From Pristiophorus japonicus (taxonomy: Eukaryota): a stretch of 64,000 nt of DNA. Under the pieces are notes generated by a model, which saw nothing but the letters and a program-made list of their open reading frames with translations, did not search any database and was not told where the DNA came from. The stretch is from positions 65,100,001 to 65,164,000 of the forward strand of contig NC_091999.1 of assembly GCF_044704955.1 (NCBI RefSeq). The letters are read 5' to 3'. Positions 27,620-39,910 of the stretch are shown piece after piece (the first letter of the stretch is position 1; every line of letters starts with the position of its first letter). Position numbers and translations under genes: made by a program.

Positions 27620-28340
27620 ATTATCCAGCCTATCCACTTAACCGACGTCCCTTATCCCTGGATAAATTCTCGTAAATCTTTTCTGCACCCTTCCTAAATT
27701 GCGGTGCCCAGAATACTCTCGTTGAGCTTGTGCCCGTGTTTTATACAGGTTGATCACAATAGCCACGCTTTTGTCCTCCATACCTCTATCGACGGAGCCC
27801 ATGATTCCGTCTACTTTATTCATTGCTTTCTACCTCTAGTTTTGACCATAGTAATTATATTTTCCCTTTTGTACTACTCAAGTTTCATACATGGACCCTT
27901 GTGCCTCTGTTAGCTCCTCAATAGTGTCTTATGTATCTAAGGATGCAATCCATCTGGAACCAGGACTTTGAATTGTTTCCCTTGTATCGCTTTTTTTTCC
28001 CTATCAACTGTTACTATATCGCAATCGAATATTTTAATGTTTGTCATTTTGTCATTGCTCCACAGTTAAAACTGTGATAGTATCTATTCAGTATCATTGC
28101 CAATAAGGTCTCCCCTGCGTTTATGTTTCTTACCTTTTCGTGGCTCTGTCGACATTATCATTCTCCATTTGTACCTTGTGTGCCTGTAGAATATTTTACT
28201 GTATCTTTTTACATCCTTTAATATTTTCATTTCAGATTTCATCTTTGTTTTTCCACTTGTCTTTTTAATTTCTTTATTTCGTTCATCACATTCCGTTTTA
28301 TCATCCTCTCCTATATTGTTGTTGTATTTCGTCTGTGCCT
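27620..28340 (-). mobile_element. Highly decayed CR1 ORF2 fragments
   Basis: RVQKRFTRI and KRYSKIFYRH-type LINE motifs. Confidence 0.6.
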
Positions 28341-28454
28341 TTCTCTTTCGGGCCACAAATACTTGAAACAATAAGACTGAAGCCAATACATTATTTAGAT
28401 ATTATGCATAGCTCACGATTTAATAAATTTAAGCATCAAATATCAGGTTCAGCA

Positions 28455-28665
28455 CACGAGCAGCATCCGGAGTTCTGCAGGTGTATTTAGATTGGTAGAA
28501 TGCTGTCGTATCTGCATCGATATCTTTGCGATGCCAGAATCCTACCGGGGTTGTACATATATATTTGGGATGATAGCAGCCTTCCTGAAATGTTTCAATC
28601 TATTTCGAATGGCAGCTTAATGACGGGGTTGTGTGGATATATTTCGGATGGTAGAATCCAGCTGG
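28455..28665. repeat. Diverged ~40-bp minisatellite, continuing at ~29818-29910 after a CR1 insertion
   Basis: Recurrent gatggcagaatccagccggggttgtactgatatattt-like units on both sides of the CR1. Confidence 0.65.
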
Positions 28666-28669
28666 ACCT

Positions 28670-29812
28670 GAGTCGATAAGGTGCCACATAAGAGAGGTTT
28701 GCATACTATTAACGATAATGGCATTGGAGGATAATATATTAGCATGAATTGTGGATTGGTTATCGGACTTAAAACGGAGAGTAGGAATAAACGGGTCACT
28801 TTCGGGATGGCATGCAATAACTGGAGGAGTACAACAAAGATCAGTGCTTGGGCCTCATCTAATTACAATCGTTTCCATGGTTAAGCTGAGGGAGCTGATT
28901 ATAATATATACACGTTTGATGTTGATACAAAGCTAGGTTGGAAAGTAAGTTGTGAGGAGTATGCAAAGTGGCTGCAAAGGGATATAGACTGGTTAAGTGA
29001 GTGGGCAAGAAGGAGACAGGTGGAGTAAAATGTGGGGAAATGTGAATTTATCCACTTCGGTAGGAAGAATGGAGAAGCAGAATATTTCATAAAGGCGAGA
29101 GACTGGTAAATGCTGCTATGCAGAGGGATTTTGGATTAATGTGTACACGGATTACATAAAGTTAGCATGCAGGTAGAGCAAAACTAGGAAGACAAATGGT
29201 ATTTTAGCGTTTATTGCAAGGGCCTTACAATATAAGAAGAAGAAGTCTTCCTGCAATTATATAGGGGTTGGATGAAATCATACCTGGAGGAATGTGCAAC
29301 GTTTCGAAATCTGTACCCGAGAAAGGATACATTTACCTTAGAGAGATTGATTCCTGAGATGAGAGGGTTGCCCTATGAGAAGACGTTGAATAGATTGGAC
29401 CTATATTCTCTGGAGTTTAGAGAATGAGGGATGATCTCTTTAAACTGTATGAAATTTGTAGAGGAAGTTCGCATCATAGAGGCTTGGAGTCTGTTTCCCC
29501 TGGCTGATGTGTCTAGAACTAAGGGTCATTGTCTTTGGAAATGCCATTTAGGACAGAGATGAGGCGAAATTTCTTCATTCTCAGGGTTGCGAAACTTTTG
29601 AATTCTCTACCAGAGAGAACTGCAAATGCTCAGCCTTTGAGTACATTCAAGTCAGAGATAGATAGAATTTTGGGCACTAAGTGAGATAAATAGTGTGGCG
29701 ATAGGGCGGGAACGTCGAGTTGAGGTTACAAATCAAACATGATCTTATTAAATGCTGGAGCAGGCTAGACGGGCCGTATGACCCAATCCTGCTCCTATTT
29801 CTTGTTATTAAT
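28670..29812 (+). mobile_element. CR1 RT-3'UTR fragment
   Basis: GGVQQRSVLGP-type motif and CR1 3' UTR ending cctgctcctatttctt. Confidence 0.85.
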
Positions 29813-31389
29813 TTTTAATGATATATTTGGGATGCAACAATCCAGCCGCAGCTGTACTGATATATTTTCGATGGCAGAATCCGCTGTCTGCTCTATGAGA
29901 TGTATCTAACCAACTCTAAGCTTTGCATTGATATGTTGCACCTTATTCAATTCTCAGAACCTTCAATTCCAAAATAAACCACGTCCTTTCTTTGCAGACT
30001 GATTCAACAAATCGTCCTACAATTGGAATATTTTCTCTGACTGTGATCCCCTTCTCGATAACGACACCAGCCCATTTCACGCAATTTATAATCACTGTAA
30101 AAAATCCAGGTGCTGGTGACAGACTGGCAATCCTTCCTACTCACCATAGTTGGTCTTTCTATTATTCTCTGACTGAAGACAACTGAAAGGGAAACAAGTC
30201 CAGCAAGTCTATTTAAAAAGGCTTCAATGTCCAATAATACTGACAGACCAATAACAAGAGAGCGCTACAATCCAAGTATATTATATTTTTCGTCCTACAA
30301 TTGGAATAATTTCTGACTGAAATCCCCTTCTCGATAACGGCACCAGCCCATTTCACGCAATTTACTGCATTGAACACTCAGAGGATAATTGGGACAACAG
30401 GATGGAGACACTGCAAAGCGTTAATTGGCTGCTCATGACTCCCAGTTTAAGCAATAGCCGTCTCGGTCAGCTTACTGTGTATTGAAAGAGGGGAGTTGTG
30501 TTTAAAGAGCGCGTGGACTATTTCAAAGAAACTCTGTTTATCACCGTTACTCACATTTTGACGAAGTGGTAGGGGAAGAAGTATTGTCTGAACTTTCCAT
30601 GTAATAACCACAGTTGTTTCATCTGGTTAATATGTGTGAGGTATATTGTTGCTATTATTGACAATGTTTATGATTTCCGTTAGATAGCCAAAGTGTAATG
30701 CATTTTTAGGAGTGCCTTCAGAATTTCGCAATATAAAAACACGAATATACATCTTTCTGTTACATTAACATGATCCCTAATAATGACCGGCAGAACATTA
30801 TTCCCTCAGTAACTATTTAAGACAATACGAACTAGCCATTTGAAGAATCTGCCTTTTGTTCACGCCAACAATTAAAATATTGATGCAGACGTCTGAACTG
30901 ATAGGAATTATTTTACACCAATGGCTCGGTCAGAACCGATCTGGTGCATTATTACCTAAAGGACCTGTGACATTATAACGTTGGTTTGAGAGATCAAAGA
31001 GCCTGAAGAGTTTCTCATGTTCATTGTCATTCAAATTCTAGTCGTTGCAGTAAAATATTGAATCTAGATAGATAACCATGTCGGAAATGAGTAGACCCTG
31101 CCAAAATATAACTGGCTAAGAGTAAAATAAAAGCCTAACCCAATACCACTTAATAGAAAATGAACCACAGTCATTTCTGACAACAGAGAATAATATAGTT
31201 GAACTGTCCTGTAATTTACCTAAAATTTGCAAAGTAAGATATTTCAAAAGCAGAAATGATAATTCAACCGTCAGTTTTTGCGCCATATCTCATATATCAA
31301 TTCGTTCTTTAGAAACGTGCATAATCGCCTTGTTAATATTTCTACTGTTTCTTTCAAACCTTGATTTGTAATATATTCTGCTAGTATAA

Positions 31390-32480
31390 TACATACAGTA
31401 AATAGTGGGGTGCCACGGGGATCAGTGCTGGGACACCAACTATTTACAATCTAAATTAACGACTTTGAAGAAGGGACTGAGTGTAACGTAGCCAAGTTTG
31501 CTGACGATAAAAGGATGGGAGGAAATGAGTGAGAGAGGACACAAAAAATATGCGAAAGGATATAAATAGGCTTAGTGAGAGTGCAAACATTTGGCAGATG
31601 GAGTATGATGTGGGAAAGTGTGAGGTCATGCACTTTGTGAGAAAAAAAATCAAAGAACAAGTTGTTATTTAAATGGAGAATGATTACAAAGTGCTGCATT
31701 ATAGCGGGACCTGGGGGTGCATGTGCATGAAACAGAAAAGGACAGCAAGTGATCAGGAAGGCCAATGCTTCCAATGCTTCCCTAGAGAGCCTGCCCCAAA
31801 GATTGACCACTCACTCACTCACTGACATATTGTTTCCGTAGATTGGCTTTAATTGACTCGATTCAACCTGTATCCTGAAGGCAAGGAAGTCTTGCAACAG
31901 CTATACAGGGTATTGGTGAGGACGCAGCGGGAATACTGCGTGCCGCTTTGCTTTCCATCTTTACTAAAGGATAACCTTGCTTTGGAGGCAGTTCAGAGAA
32001 GGTTCACAAGATTGATAGTGGAGATGATGGGGTTGACTTATGAGGAAAGGTTGATTAGTTTGGGTCTCTACCATTGGAATTCTGAAGAATGAGAGGTGAT
32101 CTTATCGAAACTTGTAAGATTATGAGGGGCTTGACAAGGTCATTGCAGAGCGGATCTTTCCATTGATGGGGGAGACTAGAACATGAGGGCATGATTACAG
32201 AATAAGGAGCCATCCATTTAAAATTGTGATGGCGCGACATTTCTTCTCAGAGAGTTGTAAATCTGTGGAATTCGCTACCTCAGAGACCTTTGGAAACTGG
32301 GAAATTGAATACATTTAAGACATAAATCGACAGTTTCTTAAACGATAAGAGAATGAGGGGTTATGGGGAGTGGGCAGCGAAGTGGAGCTGAAACAATGAT
32401 CGGATCAACCATGATGCTAATAAATGGCGGAACAGGCTCCAGGGGCGATATGGCCTCCTCCTGTTTTTATGTTCTTGTAC
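31390..32480 (+). mobile_element. CR1 RT-3'UTR fragment with internal foreign patch
   Basis: gggtgccacggggatcagtgctggga (GVPQGSVLG), LEAVQRRFTRLI and tail ttttatgttctt. Confidence 0.85.
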
Positions 32481-33219
32481 TAAAGAGGCTGATTTATGGT
32501 TTAAATGACATTCGATATGAATCGCTGGTTGGAAAAAGAACAACGTGCATTTAATTGACCTTCTATCATCCTGGTATTCAAAGGATACAACGATAATGTA
32601 GCTGTTGATTAATCACAGCAATCAATCATTGTCAATAAGTTTACAATAGACATTAGGCGAAGAAAATTTCAGTGCTGGATAACTTAACATCCATTGGACC
32701 AAAATTCAGTGAAAAAATTCTCTCTAATTTGCAATTAAATGAATCAACATGAACTGTTTCCATCGTTTCCCGAGGGAGACTGCCGCACAGATTGACCACT
32801 CACTTAGTGAAATATTGTTTCCATAGATTGGCTTTGAATTTAATCGGTCAACCTGCACCCTTAAAATAAATAAACCTAATATTTATCTCAGTTGTTGTTG
32901 GTGTGATCTTGCTTGGCGCAAATTGGCGTGCCTGCGTCCAAGGAATGGTATTTTTTCTTCAGATTGCAATTCACCAACTTGAAAGCGCTTTGCGGGGCCC
33001 TGGAGTCTTAAAACGCATGAAATAAACGCGCAGTGGAGTGCATTCTAAATTTGTGCTATAGAGTAAACCGCTAATAGCGATTTTTCAATGGAAATACAAA
33101 TCAGCACAAATGTAAAACGGGCTGCCGATTTTCTATCGCCGGGTTTATACTATTGCACGTTATCAAAATCTACCTCATTCCTTCTTCCTTCTAAACATTC
33201 AATCCGAAAAGCAACCCAG

Positions 33220-33258
33220 GGTTTTTGTACACACTCAGTCACTCATTATCACACTGTG
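33220..33258 (-). promoter_or_regulatory. 23-spacer recombination signal sequence (RSS) of V1
   Basis: Minus strand CACAGTG (33258-33252), 23-nt spacer (33251-33229), ACAAAAACC (33228-33220): perfect consensus heptamer and nonamer. Confidence 0.97.
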
Positions 33259-33529
33259 TATACAACACAGAAGTAGGTCCCGGTGTCTGTCAGATGTAAT
33301 GCTGCGATAGTCAGGGAGCTGCGCTTTTCCGAACTTCGACTGATGGCTGTAAATCGTCCTTTCTGTTCACCGTTTTCCGATGCCATTATCAGCATCTTTG
33401 GGATTTGGTTTAGAGGCTGGACCCACCAGAATATCGCCGAGAAGGGAATGGTTGTGTGACAGTTAATCGATATGGTTTTCCATTCACTGGGAGTCTGTGA
33501 TGGAAATGTTTGTACAATTTCCTCTTTAG
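33259..33529 (-). CDS. T-cell receptor alpha/delta-type variable (V) gene segment, open V exon (V1)
   Basis: Minus-strand acceptor ttacag|CT AAA GAG (phase 1). Translation KEEIVQTFPSQTPSEWKTISINCHTTIPFSAIFWWVQPLNQIPKMLIMASENGEQKGRFTAISRSSEKRSSLTIAALHLTDTGTYFCVV has V-set Cys23, Trp41, GRF and DTGTYFC. It abuts a perfect RSS heptamer. Leader exon not identified. Confidence 0.92.
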
Positions 33530-33744
33530 CTGTAACAACCAATGTTATTAATGGAGCAAAGCGGACAACACCAGGCAGTTCCAAAAGGTATTTCAAGAAC
33601 ATAGCAGTTCCCAATCACAGGAAATAATTTCTCCATATCTAACCCATCGAATATGTTTAACAATAAAACACCCCAAATATTTTACTCAATGTCATCCATT
33701 CAAATTTTATGCAACCTGTCCTCATAATATAACATTCTGTGCCC

Positions 33745-34075
33745 CATGCATCATCGCCATAAGCAATCCCTCGGAATCGAGGAAGAATTGCTTCCACTCG
33801 AAAGCTAAGTTCTTACGTGGCTGAACATTCCAATACGGGAATTACAGACTCTGTCGCAGGTGGTCAGAGAGTGGTTGAACGAAAGGGTGGGTGGGGATTC
33901 TGGTTTTTGTCGCACACACCATCCGCTGCCTATGCTTGTTTTCTACATGCTCTCAGCAATGACACTAAGGTGCTCAGCGCACTCCTGGATGCTCTTCCTC
34001 CACTTAGGGCAGTCTTAGGCCAGGGATTCACAGGTGTCGGAGGGGATGTGGTACTTTATCAAGGATGTTTTGAGG
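33745..34075 (-). mobile_element. RTE-clade LINE 3' end
   Basis: catcatc...atccctcggaatcgaggaagaattgcttccactc is the reverse of an RTE-type 3' terminus (family recognition, not searched). Confidence 0.5.
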
Positions 34076-34530
34076 GTATTATTCTGGTCAATCTGCTTTG
34101 TACCCGTTCCGAGGCCAGTATATCCTTCCTGAGGTACGGTGCCCAAAACTGAATACAGTTACTCCAGAAGCGGTTTAACCAGAGCTTTACACAACAGAAG
34201 CGGGAATTTCCTCCCTTTGCATTCCAGCTCCCTCGAGATGAAGACCAACATTGCATTGGCTCCTTTTATTGCACTTTGTACATGTCGACTTTTAAAAAAT
34301 GATTTGTGTATTTGGACTCCTAAATCACTTTGCTATTCTATAGCACCTAGCTTCACACAATTTAGACAATACTCCGATTTATAGTTTGTTGATCCAGACT
34401 GGGTGTCTTCACGTTTGCCCAAATTAACTTCAATATGCCCCAGTTCTTCCCACTCATTTAATCTATCAACCTCTTCCTTACATCTGCATTACTTACTCGC
34501 CCTCCTAAGTTAATGTCATCTACACACAAT
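34076..34530 (-). mobile_element. Old CR1 RT fragment
   Basis: CIQFWAPYLRKDILASERVQSRLTRII. Confidence 0.8.
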
Positions 34531-35754
34531 CCAAGTTATTATTAAAAATGATAATATATATGTGTACCCCTCTCTAGGTACACAATGCAAGGTAACTTTA
34601 CACGAGTTGTCACTGCTGGCTCACACATTTAAATACTTACATGTCATAAAGCTGACTGGAATAACAAGCATTAATAGACATCTGAAGCACTCTTGCATCT
34701 TTTGCACTGACAGCTTCGGTAGAAATCCGATCAGAGTATTATAGCAGGAATTAATGAGAGATATTATGGGGGAATGACACTCAACTGCTTCACGGGTTTA
34801 TCTTGCCGAAAAAAAAACACATGTCGAACCTCGATCTGATTTGACATCAACATTTAATGGTCACGTGGTCCAATATCATCATTTTGCAATGTAACACCAT
34901 TGGTGCAAAAATAAACGATATCATTATATGCAACTCATATGTTATTGTAGGTGGATTGGTCGTGTAATGGATGTGTTACCACGATCACAATAATAGACTA
35001 ACATTTCCATTAAATCCAATGGACAATTAAATATTTCATCGACAAGTTGCTCATTGATCTGCTAACATCCCAGCAGCTATTACTAAGCGTGGTCTGATTG
35101 TTATCCCTACTGTTTCTTTTTATTCCATTTTCTTCACCTATAATCTTGGAAAACAACAGTGATGGAAATATGAACAGTAATTTTTAGTACCTTTTAAAAA
35201 TCACCTACGCAGTTCTCCTGAACTTTGTAGCTGATTTACATTTAATGAGGCTTTTGGCAGCCATCCCATGTCTGATTACCAGAACAAAGGTGCTATCAAC
35301 AGAGTTTTGAACGGGTCTTTTTACCTGTAGACGGCGTGACACTTGCAGGAAATATTACTAGTGAGTCTCCAGTGACGTTCCCGTGTGGAGACAAGGCCAA
35401 CGCTTTCGTCCTGACACAGGTTTAAGGGCAGCGAATTGGTGGACCAGGGGGCACATCCATCATTTGCCCTCATGTTGTCTAATATAAATCATTAATAGTA
35501 TTATTATTATTATTTCTGGTTAAGTAGCAACACCGGTATTATTTTCGAGCGAGGGCGTGCAGTTCATTGGAGCCGAGCCATTTTTCTCCAATCCTGATGA
35601 GTTGGGAAACACAGAACTGGAGCGCTACAGCGCCATCACAGGATGCAGAAGTAATTACAGTGAGGTAATCACCAATATAAATATCGTTAAAATAATTTAC
35701 CATAGAAATGTTAAAACAGTAATTAGAGGAATAAAGCAAATATTCAATAGTTGA

Positions 35755-35975
35755 CTCGATGATCTTCGTGTTGTTGTACGTGGAAAACGAGGCCGATTAC
35801 CTGCGATTCCTTTGCCACATGGGAACTGCAGGTCACTCCATGGGCTCTGGGCGTGTACAAGATGTGCGTCCAGATTCGCAAAGTCGAGCTCAGGGTTTCT
35901 GAGATTGAAGAGCGCCTTCAATCACGGCAGGTCATTCGGCAGGCCGAGAGTTTCCTGGAGAGCATTTAGCATCGT
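35755..35975 (-). mobile_element. RTE-like LINE C-terminal relic
   Basis: Minus strand gives PCGKG...(frameshift) VIGLVFHVQQH, resembling the RTE C-terminal CxxC..IGLxSH zinc knuckle. Confidence 0.4.
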
Positions 35976-35989
35976 TTCAAAAGATTATA

Positions 35990-37440
35990 CAGGCCATAAT
36001 TTCAAAGTTTGCAGGAGAAGTAGCAAACAAAGAGCAAGAAAGTGACAGACTTCAGGACGATATAGATATCCTGTTGATATGGCAGTCGCATGGCAGATGA
36101 TATTTAAGTCAGAGAAGTGTGCAGAGATACATTTGGGGAGGAAGCATGAGGAGAGGCAATATGAACTAAATGGAACAATTTTAAAGCGGGTGCCGATCGA
36201 TCTGGCTGTGTATGTACATACACCTTTGAAGGTGGCAGGGCAAGTGGGAAGACAGTTAAAAAGCATTTAATCCTTAGCTTTATTAACACAGGAATAGAGT
36301 GCAAATGCAAGGCAATTATGCTAATCCTTTTTAAAACATGTATTAGGTCTCCTGGCCTAGAGATATTCCATGATAAGGGGTCGGCTATTTAGGACTGAGA
36401 AGACAAGTCATTTCTTTACTCAGAGAGTTGTGAATCTTTGGAATTATCTTCTCTAGAAGGACTGTGGATGCTCAGTCGTTGAGTGTATTCACGACAGCGA
36501 TCGATAGATTTTTGGACGCTCTCAGAAGTTGAATATATTCAAGGCTGAGATAGCTAGATGTTTGGACTCTCATGGGATCAAGAGAGATGAAGATCGGGCA
36601 GGAAAGTGGAATTGTGGTAAATGTTCAGCCATGATATTGTTGAATGGCAGAGCCAGCTTGAAGGGAGCTACATTCCTGCTCCTAATCCTTATGATCTTAC
36701 GACATCGATAGATTCTTGGATGCAAAGGGAATCAAGCGAAATGGCGGGGAAGTGAGTTGGAAGCAGAAGTTCAGCCATGATCTCACTGAATGGCAGAGCA
36801 ATCTCGAGGGATGTTTTGGCCTATTTCTGCTCCTATTTCCCATTTCTTATGTTTTTATGAATATAGCACAAAGCAAGAAAGTTGTTCTAAATTATTTTAA
36901 GACAATGGCCAGTCCCAGCTGGAGTATTATTTTCAGTTCTGGGCACCGCACTTTGGAAAGATATAAAGGCCTTAGCAAGGCTGCAGAAAAGATTTACTAC
37001 CATTGTACTAGAAACGGATGAGGAACGTCAGTTATGTGTAGAAGCTAGGGTTGTTCTCCTTAGAGCAGAAAAGGATAAGAGAAGATTTGATAGATTTTTG
37101 AAAATCATGAATTGTTTTTAGAGAGTAAATAAGGAGAAACTGTTTCCCGTGGCAGAAGGTTCAGTAACCACTTGTGATTAGCAAAAGAACCAGAGGCGAA
37201 ATAAGGAGCGTTATTTAAACAGCGAGTTGTTGTGATCTGGGATGCGCTGCCTGAAAGGGTGGTGGAAACAGAATCAAAACTAATTTCAAAAGGAAATTGG
37301 ATCAACGATTGAAGGGAAACAACTTATAGAGCTATGTGATAGAGCAGAGCAGTGGCATTAATTGGACAGCTCTACCAAAGAGCCAGAAATGCACGACAGA
37401 CTGAATGGCCTACCTTTGTGCTGTACCATTCTATGACTTT
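35990..37440 (+). mobile_element. Cluster of old CR1 3' fragments
   Basis: WQMIFKSEKCAEIHLGRK and several CR1 3' UTR copies. Confidence 0.75.
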
Positions 37441-39250
37441 AAAAAGCCAGTGAATTGTTTTGGTTTATTTTCCCCCATTTGCGTGTTCATGAAAGGGAGG
37501 GGATTCGGTGGGAGATTGTGCCGAATTGCACACAGTTATGTAGATCCATGCTCACATAGTGAGTTGTTTTTCATCGCGCCAGTTCAAGAGGAAGTTGCAT
37601 CCGCGGAACTAGTTTTAACTACAATTGGAGGGAGCTTTCCTCAAACATTGATATTTTGTGACAAATTTCTTGGGGGGAGGTAGCAGAGACAGAACATTAT
37701 AGAGCTGCCTGTGAAGCTGGTTTCTATATTGGTCATGGATCAGTGAGATTCAATGGACCAAAACTTCTTTCAGATTTGAAGTTAGATTAGCTTTCAGGCT
37801 AAAATTCTAAACAATGTTTTGAACTCCACATGTGAGCCCATTCTTTTCCTTACCGTAACCAAATATTTAAGAAGTGGAAGAGTTGTTTTATTCTCTGGTT
37901 CACAGGGGCGCTGAGATTTGAAGATAGATTTTAACAATTACCACCTAGATATAAAGCCTCGTCTGCGTGGCGAGCAGAGACGAAACTCTGTCGGGCTGTG
38001 GAGGTGGGAGGAATTACACACCATTAATAAACCCATCTCCCCAGATTTCCTCCCATTTTTTGAAATGTAACGATATTCCCGGGCTCTACTCTCAGTGAGA
38101 GGATTTGTCGACATGAATTGCCTCGAATCCTTTTTCATCGTTTAAAGTAGAAGTGAAATGATGAAGTGTGGGAGATGTTCACTCTGGTTGCCTTTTGTGA
38201 GACATAGCAGAGGTGGGAGATATTTCTTTTAGCGATAGGGAATGGATCTTTTTACTTGTAAGGTAATAACTTATTCGACAAGTTAATAGGGTTCAAGTGC
38301 ATTTATTGGCCAATAATCTGAATTAAGCATACAAAAATAATTAGTATTAATAAAAATTACACATATATTTAAGAGAGCATTTAGAGTGATACGGGTTAAT
38401 GGAGATTCATCTGTTACTGTTCTCGAGCTTCAGGTGAACGGCTTATCCAGACTCGTCAAATTCTGAAGTACCTGTCCTTCCTCCCACTTACTAAACCATT
38501 CTTTCCAACCTGCTGCGTATCACATGTTCCATAGTATCACCTCGGTTAGTTAGCCGCATAAAATTCAGTTTTAACAAGAATCACTCCCCAAGCTTTTAAC
38601 TTTACTGAAATGCCAATCAACTCATGTAACTGGAGACAGTTACAGAGAACAGAAGCCCCATTAGGGACGCTCCACATTCGGTACACAGCTGCCCTCGGTG
38701 GCGTCAGTATCCGTAGTTAGAGCTTCGCGATCTGATGGTGAAAACGCGTCTATGGAGATGTCACGTCTCTCACTGCTGAGAGATCGATGCTGCTAAAGGC
38801 AGCCATCTAAGAAAGAAAACCTGATGTTGTCTCTGTTGAATTTGCTTATTAGCAAAGGCTGCCTCTGCCCGAAATTTATTTAAATTAAATGGTTCACTGC
38901 ACATAGCTCAGCGAAACTCACTTACGATTAAAAGACTAAAAGAAAATATCAAATAAGCCGTTTACTTACATTAACACATCTGGTTCCATGTCGCTAGCAA
39001 TAACACACAGAAATATTAATTCCAATTTTACATGGTAAGAGGAAAGGAAATCGAACCGAATCTTATCTCCGGGTCACCTACGGTTGCTTTTTGGACTTTT
39101 GGGACGATTTGCAGTATGAATGTTTCTGAATTGCTGTAATATGTTTCCCTGTGACCCTCACACCACACCGTGTGCCGAGCACTGTTCCCTCTCACTGTCA
39201 ATCTGTATAGCCCTGAATTAGGATTATCTCCAGGGGACACACGCCCAGCT

Positions 39251-39289
39251 AGTTTTTGTATGATGGTGTGACTGGTTTCCACTGTTGTG
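39251..39289 (-). promoter_or_regulatory. 23-spacer RSS of V2 (variant heptamer)
   Basis: Minus strand CACAACA (39289-39283), 23-nt spacer, ACAAAAACT (39259-39251). Confidence 0.85.
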
Positions 39290-39596
39290 AGAATCAGCGC
39301 ACAGTCATAGATAGTGGCGTCAGCAGGCCGCAGTTTGAAGACGGTTAAAGTGAAGATGGCTTTTGTGGTGTCCAGCGCAGGGGCGAAACGGCTTCGAGCA
39401 AAATCCGCTTTAATTTGGTAACCACCAGAAAACTTGCCAGTTATATACTAGGATTCTCTGCTGGCGTATTGGCGGTACCACATTAAACTTTAGGAAACTT
39501 TGGTGGCGAAACAGATACAGTCCAAGATTATAAAATTTCTTTCTAACCAACTCGCTGTCGGAAGCCACTGTCTGACAGAGATTTCCTGGCTCAAAC
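39290..39596 (-). pseudogene. TCR alpha/delta-type V pseudogene (V2), not in the ORF track
   Basis: Acceptor tttaatgcag|GT TTG AGC. Translation GLSQEISVRQWLPTASWLERNFIILDCICFATKVS*SLMWYRQYASRES*YITGKFSGGYQIKADFARSRFAPALDTTKAIFTLTVFKLRPADATIYDCALI. WYRQ and both Cys present; in-frame stops at 39490-39492 and 39448-39450; YYC decayed to YDC. Confidence 0.9.
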
Positions 39597-39861
39597 CTGC
39601 ATTAAATGCATACCGACGTCAAAAACTGAACCATTTTAAAATTCACATTTGACCCCAAACCGCAGAATAAACATCTGTAAGTAGTCCTTCAAACACAGCG
39701 CAGAGAGCGATTAACTGATTGCTGCCCCGCCGTGTGTTTATTAACTTTATAACATCTGGAAACTGGCACGAGTTGGCCGCTGAAACAACCCGCATGGAGG
39801 CTCCATTGTCGCGCTCCAGTGTCCACCCGCATGTGCCGCGAGTCTCTGAGGAATGCTTGGC

Positions 39862-39910
39862 CGGCAATTGCCAGTCAAAGACAAAATAAATAGTCCACCA
39901 CGAAGTGCAA
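39862..39910 (-). pseudogene. Possible decayed leader exon of V2
   Basis: 49-nt phase-1 stretch TTG CAC TTC GTG GTG GAC TAT TTA TTT TGT CTT TGA CTG GCA ATT GCC G = (M)HFVVDYLFCL*LAIAG, hydrophobic, 265 bp upstream of the V exon. Start codon, one codon and the donor (GCCAAG) would all have to be mutated. Confidence 0.3.

Noticed and set aside
35325-35400. Candidate leader exon for V1 (phase-1 donor acag|gtaaa)
   Set aside because: No in-frame ATG without an intervening stop, and weak hydrophobic core.
38640-39035. Leader-like piece plus an AF..SAVRD V-like fragment
   Set aside because: Needs several indels and stop reversions; no Cys/Trp hallmarks or RSS.
39290-39596. V2 (extra Cys in DCIC) or leaderless V3 as a NAR-TCR supporting Vdelta
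   Set aside because: The extra Cys is a one-base change from the usual Tyr in a pseudogene, and no upstream NAR-type V, D or J with RSS was found.
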